A DNA stretch of 64,000 nucleotides, from the NCBI GenBank assembly GCA_963662795.1, contig OY759746.1, forward strand, positions 352,001 through 416,000, read 5' to 3'. The position numbers and the translations under genes were made by a program. Positions 52,569 to 64,000 of the stretch are shown in pieces. A model generated the notes under the pieces. The model was not told the origin of the DNA and ran no database searches. It saw only the letters and a list, made by a program, of their open reading frames with translations. The first letter of the stretch is position 1; each line of letters begins with the position of its first letter. The stretch comes from Spirochaetia bacterium. GTDB taxonomy: Bacteria; Spirochaetota; Spirochaetia; CADAEX01.

Positions 52569-52943
52569 ATGAATAAGAAAATTTTAATTATTGAAGATAA
52601 TGAGCAGAATTTTTATTTAATGCGCTTTATCCTGGAAAATGATGGATTTGAAATTATTGGCGCAGAAAATGGCAGAAAAGGTATTGAGAAAGCACTTGAG
52701 AGCCAGCCACAGGCGATTTTACTGGATATTCAGCTTCCGGAAATGGATGGATACACGGTAGCTGCTGAACTTAAAAAACATGAAATACTTGCAAATATCC
52801 CTATTATTGCTGTTACTTCTTATGCCATGGCTGGAGACAGGGAGAGAATTCTGGCAGCAGGAGCAACTGGATATATCGAAAAACCTATTAATCCAATAAC
52901 CTTTACTACAGAGATTCGGCAGTATCTATCAGAAAATAAATAA
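52569..52943 (+). CDS. Single-domain response regulator (DivK-like)
   Basis: IIEDN, LLDIQLPEMDG, YIEKP. Confidence 0.92.
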   Translation: MNKKILIIEDNEQNFYLMRFILENDGFEIIGAENGRKGIEKALESQPQAILLDIQLPEMDGYTVAAELKKHEILANIPIIAVTSYAMAGDRERILAAGATGYIEKPINPITFTTEIRQYLSENK

Positions 52944-52956
52944 TAAGGAAAATAGC

Positions 52957-55470
52957 ATGAATATTCTTATTGTTGATGACAATGAAGAGAACAGATACCT
53001 TCTTGAAATATTACTCAAGGGTAACGGATATATTGTTCATTCTGCTGAAAATGGTGAGGAAGCTCTAAAACTGATGGAGCTAAATAATTTTAATATGATA
53101 ATAAGTGATATTCTTATGCCAGTCATGGATGGTTTTCAACTTTGCCGTAAAATAAAATCAGATAATAGATTTCAGTCAATTATAATTATTGTTTATACTG
53201 CTACTTATACCGGAGCCAAGGATGAAGAGTTTGCTCTTCAGTTAGGTGCTAATCGATTTGTTCAGAAACCTTGTGAACCAGATATATTATTGCAGATCAT
53301 TCAAGAACTGTTTAATGAATCCGAATCTACGAATAATAGTAACTTAAGTACTTCAATACAAATTGAAGAGGAAGAAATTCTCAAACTATATAATGAGCGC
53401 TTGGTAAGAAAACTTGAGCAGAAAATGATTCAAGCAGAAAATGAGATAATCGCCCGTCAAAAAGCAGAAGAATCTCTGAAATTGAGTAACAGCAGATTAA
53501 ACATGGCCCTTGCTTCTTCTAAAACAGGTTTATGGGACTTGAATCTGCAGACGAATGAAATGTGGTTTTCAAAAGAGTGGAAGGAGCAATTAGGTTATCT
53601 GGATGAAGAAATTCCAAACCGCGTAGGAGAATGGGAAAAACGAATTCATCCGGATGAAAAGGAACGGATTCTCAATAAAGTGAATAATTTTATTTCAGGA
53701 CAGGATAATGATTATGAGTCCGAGTTTAGGCTTCTTCATAAAGACGGTTCATATCGATGGTTTGTTGCTCGCGGAGCAATAATTACAGAAAATAATGTAA
53801 GACGTTTTCTTGGAAGTCATGTAGATATTACCGAGAAAAAAAACACTGAAAACAAACTACTCTCAAGTCTTACAGAATTGGCTGTGATACATGAAAATGC
53901 CCCGGTTCCATTAATTATTTTTGATCCTGAAATGAAAATACAGAAAGTCAATAAGGCAGCTGCCAGATTAATAGGAAGAGATGAAAAAAGTATTTTCAGA
54001 TTATCATGCGGAGAAGGCTTGGGGTGTATTCACTCATCCAAAACACTTGAGGGCTGTGGGCTATCACCGGAATGTTCTAGCTGTCAGTTGCGCTCTATAA
54101 TCACCCAGACTTTTAAAGATGGGAAAAGCCGATTCGACCAGGAAATATTCCTACCTTTTATTTCAGAAGAAACTTCTATCGAAAAGTGTTTAATGGTATC
54201 CAGTTCATTTTTAAAAATTGATAATAAGGACAGGGTTTTAGCTTCTCTTCAGGATATTACAGAGACTAAACGCATAGAAAAAAATCGTAAGGAACTAGAA
54301 GCTCAACTATACCAGGCTCAAAAAATGGAATCAGTTGGTTTACTGGCAGGCGGGGTTGCACATGATTTCAACAATCTTTTAACTGTCATTTTAAACTATT
54401 CAGAATTATTGATGCTCGATATTGACAAAGAGCATCCGATTTATTCTCCTCTAGAGGCTATTGGACAAGCTGCTTTAAGAGCTGCAGAACTAACTCGTCA
54501 GCTTTTAGCTTTTAGCCGTAAACAGATTCTTGATGTGAAAATTATCGATTTAAACAACATTATCATTGGTTTTGAAAAACTACTCCGTCGGCTTCTCCGA
54601 GAAGATATTGAAGTATACTTTAATCTCTCAGAAGAATCTCTTCCCATAAAAGCTGATGTTGCACAAATTGAACAAGTTTTAATGAATCTTGCAGTCAACG
54701 CGAGAGATGCAATGCCTGACGGAGGTAAATTAACAGTCGAAACTTTTTTCTCAGAAGTTGATAAAACTTTTTTGGAGAAGAAACATGGCATATACCCCGG
54801 CAATTACGCAATGCTGAGTGTAAACGATTCAGGGTGTGGTATGAGTAAAGAAATAATGGAACATATTTTTGAACCGTTTTTTACAACAAAAGAAACGGGA
54901 AAGGGAACTGGACTTGGTCTTGCAACTAGCTATGGAATAGTCAAACAGCACGGAGGATTTATTTGGGTATATTCTGAATCTTGTAAAGGAACAACATTTA
55001 AAGTTTATCTGCCCATATGTGATGAGAAACCCCAAATTAACATTAAACCTTTAAAACATCAAACTAATATTGCTTCTAATAATACTATTATGATTGTTGA
55101 AGATGATGTAAATGTACTGGAACTTATAAATCAGATTCTTTCAAAACAAGGCTTTAAAATTGTAATTAAATCGTCAAACACAGAAGAATCAATCATTATG
55201 GCTGAAAATTTCCATGATCCTATTAATTTATTGATATCTGATTTGATTATGCCCGGATTAAATGGTCCTGATATATTTAAAAAAATATATAAATATCATC
55301 CTGAGATAAAAGTATTATTCATGTCAGGATATACCCAGGAAGTAATTAGCACACAAATAGAAGATCATGTAGAATTTGATTTTATACAAAAACCATTTAC
55401 AGCAAATGGACTTATTAAAAAGATATCAGATATCATAGGTGTCCAAAACAATCATAACAGCTCCAGTTGA
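52957..55470 (+). CDS. REC-PAS-PAS hybrid histidine kinase; last codons supplied by IS4
   Basis: [10 protein letters not shown], two REC domains, Cys-rich second PAS. Confidence 0.92.
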   Translation: MNILIVDDNEENRYLLEILLKGNGYIVHSAENGEEALKLMELNNFNMIISDILMPVMDGFQLCRKIKSDNRFQSIIIIVYTATYTGAKDEEFALQLGANRFVQKPCEPDILLQIIQELFNESESTNNSNLSTSIQIEEEEILKLYNERLVRKLEQKMIQAENEIIARQKAEESLKLSNSRLNMALASSKTGLWDLNLQTNEMWFSKEWKEQLGYLDEEIPNRVGEWEKRIHPDEKERILNKVNNFISGQDNDYESEFRLLHKDGSYRWFVARGAIITENNVRRFLGSHVDITEKKNTENKLLSSLTELAVIHENAPVPLIIFDPEMKIQKVNKAAARLIGRDEKSIFRLSCGEGLGCIHSSKTLEGCGLSPECSSCQLRSIITQTFKDGKSRFDQEIFLPFISEETSIEKCLMVSSSFLKIDNKDRVLASLQDITETKRIEKNRKELEAQLYQAQKMESVGLLAGGVAHDFNNLLTVILNYSELLMLDIDKEHPIYSPLEAIGQAALRAAELTRQLLAFSRKQILDVKIIDLNNIIIGFEKLLRRLLREDIEVYFNLSEESLPIKADVAQIEQVLMNLAVNARDAMPDGGKLTVETFFSEVDKTFLEKKHGIYPGNYAMLSVNDSGCGMSKEIMEHIFEPFFTTKETGKGTGLGLATSYGIVKQHGGFIWVYSESCKGTTFKVYLPICDEKPQINIKPLKHQTNIASNNTIMIVEDDVNVLELINQILSKQGFKIVIKSSNTEESIIMAENFHDPINLLISDLIMPGLNGPDIFKKIYKYHPEIKVLFMSGYTQEVISTQIEDHVEFDFIQKPFTANGLIKKISDIIGVQNNHNSSS

Positions 55471-56708
55471 AGATTGAAACTAGTTTTTTTAGTCTGTTCT
55501 GAAGGCGGTTTATTGAGAACAGTCCAGATATCTTTTCTTGATGTCAGTATTACAGGAATCAATTTCATCAGTGAAAAATGAGTCCATTTTCTACATGAAA
55601 ACATTTTAAGGAACTGAAGTAACAGAAAAGCAATTAGGGCAATCCAGATTTGTGTCATTACAGCATTTCTGGAAGTACCAAAGAATTTCTTGATCTTGAG
55701 GTTCTGTTTGATAGTTTTAAAAAATATTTCAATCTGCCATCTGTCTTTGTAAACAGCAGCAATTGTTGTTGGAGACCAAAGGAAATTATTGGTAAGAATT
55801 ACAATATATTTACCGGTTTCAGGATCTCTGCTTCTGATTCGTCTTAATTTTAACGGGCATTTTTTACTGGTGTAAAATCCTTTCATTTCTATGATCTGAT
55901 CAGATGTAATATTTTTAAAGGAGGAGGTATCTTTTCTCTGGACAATTTTATAATCAGCATTCTTTTTTAACCTGGTAACAAAATAAATACCGGTATTACA
56001 ATAATTTGCGAATAATTTAAAGTCAGTATAACCACGATCAAACGTGATGACATCGCCTTTGTTGAAAGCCATTTTTTTCAAGGAATTGACTTCATGTGTT
56101 TTTGCAGTTGTAACTGATACAAAAGCTGGAATATATCCACTATGGTCAAGTTTTACATTAAGTTTTATTCCGCCTTTATATTTTCTGAAATTTGCCCATG
56201 GAAAGAGATTTAAACACAAGTCAATAGTTGATGCATCAACACTGTAAAGAGGATTTTTAAATTTATGTTTATGCGCTCTCTTCATGGATAATATCTTATC
56301 AAGAAGATCAGTGAAAACATTTTCATAAACTTCACAGCTTCTATTATTATTTGCGTAAGATAATGTAGAGCGTTTTACCTTTTTTACACCCATATGATAA
56401 AGGTGGTTACTGATTGATTCAAAAGAGTTTTCAATGCCTCTTAACCCGGTCTGTCCTGAAAGTTGTGCAAAGAGCATGGAGACAAAATGCTGCCAACAGG
56501 TAAAACCTTTGGAAGCAAAGTCCCCTTTATGTTTTTTTACAGATTTTTCAAATTCATGTCTCGGAATTATTTGTAGAATTTGTTTTAAAATGGTATTATT
56601 GTAACTCATTGCCTGATTTCCTTTTCCTGTAAAGAATTAGCCGTCCAAGCTTAATTCATTATAGTTGGGATTTCAGGCAATTAATAGTCCTTGTTTTGGA
56701 CACCTATG
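55434..56708 (-). mobile_element. IS4-family insertion sequence, copy 2 (1275 bp; Tpase 55452-56609)
   Basis: Same 18-bp IRs as copy 1; 9-bp TSD ATCAGATAT. Confidence 0.96.
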
Positions 56709-56777
56709 ATCAGATATATTAAGTAGATAATATTTATTAGATCACTATTGATGAAAATATTGGAATATATATTGAAT

Positions 56778-57704
56778 CACAGCGGGCCAAAATAATCATA
56801 GCAATACTAACTGACCAGGAATTTCCCTTTGAATTGAATCACGTTCCAAAGGTTCATTTAACCAAAGCCAAAGATCTTTCCTTGAAAATAGAACTGTCGG
56901 AAGCAGAGATGCTAAGCTGTATATTGTCCATCCTAATGTAGATAAAAATCTCATATAGCTCAGTAACAAGTAGGTAATGAGTGCAGATGCAATTTGGATC
57001 ATTAGAGCATTTCTGGAAGTGCCCACAAAGCTTTTTATTTTCAGTTTTTGTTTCATTGCCTGAAAAAATATTTCAATCTGCCATCGATCTTTATAAATAG
57101 CACCAACGATATCAGGAGGCCATTCAAAATTATTTGTCAAAATAACAATATATTTACCGGATTCCGAATCTTTTATCCTGATCCTTCGTAGTTTCAGAGA
57201 ACACTTTTTAATTGAGTAAAAACCGGTAAAACTGATTATCTGATCAGATGCAACATCTTTAAAATCTTTCACTTTTTTTCTTTCAAGTATTCTATACTTT
57301 GCATTTTTCTTTAGTCTCGTGACAAAGTAAGTACCTTTAGTACAAAGACTTGCAAAGAAGGAGTAATCATTGTAACCACGATCAAAGGTTACTACATCTC
57401 CTTTTTTGAAAGGTATTTCGGAAACTGCAGTTAGATCATTAGCCTTTGCATCAGAGAGAACAGCAAATACAGGAATATATCCTGTATGATCAAACTTCAC
57501 ATGTAATTTAATTCCACCTTTGGTCTTTCTAAACTTTGCCCAGTTGAATACAGAAAGACATAAATCTATAGTTGTGGAATCAATACTGTAGAGTGGATTC
57601 TTGAACTTGAATTTATGCCTGGGTGCTGCGGGCAGTATTTTATTCAGGAGAAAATAGAAAATATCTCCGAACATTTTGGAGCTTCTGTTTTTATTAGCAT
57701 ATGT
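56778..57704 (-). mobile_element. 5'-truncated IS4-family element (different from copies 1 and 2)
   Basis: Tpase begins mid-protein at YANKNRS; DSTTIDL, FDRGY, YKDRWQIE; end CACAGCGGGCCAAAA. Confidence 0.85.
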
Positions 57705-59991
57705 GCACATAAATTCCTAGCGCAAATTGGCAATAGCTTCTTTAGGTGTTATGAAGTCAAGAGTTTTTCTTGGCCTTTCATTCAATAGCCTTGCTACTCG
57801 TGATACATCATACTGCGAAAGCTTTCTGAAATCATCTACTTCATCAAGCATATCACGAATCAAGCCATTTGTGTTTTCACATGTTCCCTTTTCCCAGGGA
57901 GATGCCGGATGGCAAAAGTATACATCAATATTAAGATTTTCTTTGAGTTTTTTGAACTCACTGTTCTCTTTACCCTGATCAAGAGTCAGAGATTTTCTTA
58001 GAAGAGGAGATATCTTCTTAAACCTTTTCTCTATTGTTTTTCTTACTGTATTTGCATCATATGTTTTTAACAGATCAAGCTGGATAAACCTAGTTTTACG
58101 TTCAACTATTACGCAGATTGCTGATTTATGGTCCTTTCCAATGAGAAGATCTCCTTCCCAGTGTCCTGGAACTTTCCGTGAGTTAATTTCAGCAGGCCTT
58201 TCGTCTATAAGGGTAATATCTTTTAATTTACCCCGTTTTTCGTCCTTATTTGCACTCTTTCTTTTCTTTCCTTTGAGTCTTAAATCTTTAAGCGCTAGTT
58301 TTTTAAGCTCTCTGGGCTGTACTGACAATAGTGGACACGAATATTTAAGCTGTCCTCTTTTGATTTGAAAACCATAGCTCCGCATATCGTGCGGGGGCAA
58401 TGTTTCCGAGTCCCGAATGCCTACGAATCCGGTTATAAAATACTTCGATATATTCTTGGATTGCCGCCTTCGCTTCTGCTCTTGTGGCAAATCTTCGATG
58501 ATAAACAAGTTCCCTCTTGAGGAATCCCCAGAAGCTTTCAGTCGGAGCGTTATCATAACAGTTACCTCGGCGTGACATCGATGCCCTCATTCCGGCTGAT
58601 TGTACCGCCTTTTGATATGACAACGCACAATATTGACTTCCACGATCTGAATGATGAATACACCCCGGTTTCGGTTTCCGATAATACAGAGCCTTTCTAA
58701 AGGCTTCGTGCACCAGCTCCTTGGTCATCCGATCTCCCATTGCATGTCCGATGATTTCACGTGATCCGAAATCTTTGACACCTGCGAGGTAGAGCCATCC
58801 CTCACCGGTAGAAATATAGGTAATGTCGGGTTCCATACACGACTCCTGGTTCCATTACGCTGAAGTCCTGCTCCAAAAGATTTGGCGCGACCGGAAGATT
58901 ATGGTTAGAATTGGTGGTTGCGATAAACTTCTTATTCTGTATGCATTTGATCCCCATTTCCTTGCGAAGTCGGGCAATTTTATCACGCCCTATAATTACA
59001 CCATTGTCTGCCAGTTCACTCTGTATACGACGAGGACCATAGGTCTTGCGACTGAACTCATGCACAGCCCTGACAAGAGGTTTTATTTTTTCATCATTAT
59101 TTTTCCGAGCTGACGGAGACCGACGCAGCCAGGCATAGAAACCACTTCTGGATACCGTGAGAACTCGTGCCATCAGTTTTACTGGATAATTTGACCGCTC
59201 TTTTTTCATGAACGCGTACCGGGCAGCGATTCCTTGGCAAAGTACGCGGTGGCTTTTTTTAAGATTTCCCGCTCCATACGGGCTTCTGCCAATTCCTTTC
59301 TTAATCGATTATTTTCAGCAATTAGCTCAGCGTTGGATCGCTCACCGGGTAATGCTGGTATCTTTCCTAACTTTGCAATTGCCAGCCAGTTCCCGATAGT
59401 ACCCTTTGGGATCATTAATTGCCTGGCGGCTTCCTCACGCGAGAGCCCTTGTTCGATAACCATTTTTACGGCCTCGGCTTTCAGTTCTTCACTGTAAGAC
59501 CTGTTCTCTTTCATCGCTACCTTTCCTCTGGTTAGCTTAACATACCGTGTCCATCAAAGTCAGTATAGTTCACTCCCCTCATGTGGAAATGGACATAGTT
59601 ATAAATTGTTTTATCACTCACTTTATCTGAAGGATAATTTATTTCCAGCCATTTGGCAATTTGCTGTGGGGACCACCGGAGTTGGAGTTTGGGTTTTATA
59701 AGCTGCCATGACTTGTTGTCTATTTTTAATTTGGGGCTCTGATTTTTTCTTTGCCTTAAATGCTCATACTCTGCAATTAAAGGATTGTAATATCCTTCAT
59801 CAGTACCGCGTTTTATTTCTCTTGTAATACTTGAAGCTCTTCGGCCAAGATTACTTGCTATTTGTGATAGCTTTAATCTTTTGGTGTAAATCATCTGAAA
59901 AATGGCCATTCTTTCATTGAGATTCATTCTTTTGTAACTCACTTAAAACTCCTGTCACAATATTAGTTTATTGCGCTAGGAATTTCTGGCC
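57705..59991 (-). mobile_element. IS30-family element interrupted by IS3
   Basis: IRs share AAATTCCTAGCGCAA; N-half 59573-59942, C-half 57717-58312 with GHWEGD, DQGKE, PWEKG.CEN.N. Confidence 0.9.
58313..59572 (-). mobile_element. IS3-family element (orfA 59206-59514; orfB 58345-59209, frameshifted ~58830)
   Basis: TG...CA IRs with ACTGAC...TGGACAC; 3-bp TSD CTC; DITY, HSDRGSQY, DNA..ESF. Confidence 0.93.
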
Positions 59992-60088
59992 GTCTTATAA
60001 TTTTAAATAATTTGAATTAAAAAACATCCTTTGACTGTATATAACAAGTGAAAACTGTTATTCCACCAAGGATGTAAGAAATAACAAG

Positions 60089-61359
60089 GTGAGAAATATT
60101 GATTTATCTGATTTTTTAATTAATCAGGGACAAGTCCCTGAGGATAAGACAGTTCATTGTTTAAGATGGATATCTATATATAATAATTTTATCAAACATT
60201 ATCCGTTAAAGTCAGATAATGATTTTTTTGTTTTTTTGTCAGAGAAGCATCAGGATTGGCAAATCAAACAAGCTGAAAAAGCTATTAATCTATTCAAATT
60301 CTATAAAAAAACAAATGATAAAGAAAATACGTTAAATAATAATTCTTCAATATGGATTGGTGTAGAAAGGAAGATCGCTGAATCCTGTAAAATACAATTT
60401 AAATCATATAGTACCGAAAAAGCATATCTTTACTGGACCCGCTATTTTTACAGACATCTTAACTATAAAGAGCCGGATGAAGTTAATGAGTCAGATGTAA
60501 AGAATTTCCTGACATATCTTGCTGTACAGAAAGGCATAGCAGATTCAACACAGAAACAGGCATTTATTGCTTTGCTATATCTTTTCAGAAACGTACTTTT
60601 TAAGGAAATATCAAACCTGAATGATGTTGTCCGCTCAACTCAGTTCAAAAAACTTCCGGTTGTTCTTTCTAAAATAGAGATTAAATTAATTATCAATAAA
60701 CTCCCTGGTATTTATAAAACTATGGCAATGATAATTTATGGAGGAGGATTAAGACTAACAGAATGTTTATCATTAAGAATACAGGATATTGATTTTGAGA
60801 GACAATGTATTACTATAAAATCCGCCAAAGGGAAAAAAGACAGGCAGACTTTACTTCCTTCAGCTGTTATTCCTGTTTTAAAGAAGCATTTATCTGATAT
60901 TGAAAATATTATGATAAGGACAGATATAATAAAATTGCCGGTGTTCAATTACCATATGCGCTTGAAAAAAAATACCCAAATGCCGGTAAGGAATGGGGAT
61001 GGTTTTGGGTTTTTCCATCAGAAAGATTATCATGCGATCCGAGAGAAAATATAATCAGAAGATACCATCTTTATCCTACAACGCTTCAGAAAAAATTTCA
61101 TAGTTCGGTATTATCCGCCAATATTAATAAAAATGCGTCGATTCATACATTAAGACATAGTTTTGCGACTCATCTGATTGAAAGCGGCTATGATATCCGT
61201 ACAGTCTAGGAATTGCTGGGACATTCAGACATAAGAACAACTATGATTTACACTCACATTGCTAAAAAAAATGTCCTTGGAGTTATCAGCCCTGTGGATG
61301 AAATTATTACTTACTGGTTTTTTAGTTTTAGAAATAGATTAAAACTATTAATCTGCTGA
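60089..61359 (+). pseudogene. intI: Integron integrase (long form), inactivated
   Basis: YGGGLR..E; in the alternate frame LPYALEKKYP...WFWVFPS (IntI-specific patch), HTLRHSFATH, LLGH, TTMIYTH; 1-nt deletion ~60903 and TAG at 61207. Confidence 0.92.
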
Positions 61360-61417
61360 TATTGAATAACTTAATTTAAAACTATTGTTTTATTTTTTTA
61401 CATTTTAAAGAACAAAT

Positions 61418-61450
61418 AAAAAAGCCCCCATCAGGGTTGATGGGGGACTT
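61418..61450 (-). terminator. Intrinsic terminator
   Basis: CCCCCATCA-GGGT-TGATGGGGG hairpin with A tract on +. Confidence 0.75.
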
Positions 61451-61557
61451 AATTGCTGTGTATTTTCATCCCGCAAACGGGAACACCATGAACTCGCAGC
61501 CTATCGGCTTCCATGCCTCGTCTGCTGTCCCCGTTTACGTGGGTTTTTTCCTCCATG

Positions 61558-61598
61558 AAAAAAAAACCTGGAATGCCCGTAACGGGATAGCCAGGTTT
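61558..61598 (-). terminator. rRNA operon terminator
   Basis: AAACCTGG..CCCG-TAA-CGGG..CCAGGTTT hairpin with long A tract on +. Confidence 0.75.
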
Positions 61599-61664
61599 AC
61601 ATTTCTTTTCAAGTAAAATATTCAGCACAGTCATTCAAATCAGCAGTGTAAATAAATAAAAAAA

Positions 61665-61776
<112 letters not shown>

Positions 61777-61865
61777 TTAATTTAATTTTTTATTTCACCA
61801 CAGTTATCAGGTGAAAACCTGATAACTCCAGCAAAATATATATTAAAAGAAGGGTTAAATAATAA

Positions 61866-64000
<2,135 letters not shown>

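Noticed and set aside
11818-56708. Inversion or composite transposon between the two inverted IS4 copies
   Set aside because: Each copy has its own flanking duplication and the enclosed DNA includes housekeeping-type genes; independent insertions fit better.
57717-58556. 279-aa ORF as an intact transposase
   Set aside because: Chimera of off-frame IS3 sequence and the IS30 C-terminal half.
58802-58836. Programmed frameshift within IS3 orfB
   Set aside because: It is mid-orfB rather than at the orfA/orfB junction and looks like one extra C; mutation or sequencing error is more likely.
60034-60050. LexA box in the intI promoter (ACTGTATATAACAAGT)
   Set aside because: Does not fit CTGT-N8-ACAG, and the host's SOS motif is unknown.
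61449-61634. 61-aa ORF after 5S rRNA
   Set aside because: It runs through a terminator, with no RBS or recognisable motif.

Overview
Bacterial chromosomal window, most likely from an anaerobic spirochaete (inferred from gene content; not verified). The left part carries housekeeping genes (GpgS fragment, PPi-type PEP carboxykinase) and a tRNA-Pro(GGG) that serves as an integration site. The main finding is a ~3.6 kb integrase-free islet bounded by a perfect 19-bp duplication of the tRNA 3' end (6163-6181 / 9752-9770). It carries the mercury-methylation genes hgcA-hgcB behind a Cys-pair-rich MarR regulator, an apparent arsR remnant and the arsenite exporter acr3. The middle part has defence/TA genes (frameshifted MNT-HEPN fusion, HNH nuclease, hicAB), a very compact NiCo/czcD-type riboswitch ahead of a CDF exporter, a VIT1 transporter, a GT4-fusion/GH130 pair, mrfAB-like repair genes and a metal ABC transporter with a DUF1893-ATPase fusion. 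From ~40.2 to 61.4 kb lies an AT-rich, IS-riddled accessory region (IS4 copy 2 and a truncated IS4, IS256, IS1182, IS3 nested in IS30) with attC-like repeats and several sensor kinases, ending in an inactivated integron integrase. The window closes with 5S rRNA and the 3' part of 23S rRNA on the minus strand. All calls come from reading motifs by eye; single-base frameshifts could be assembly errors.
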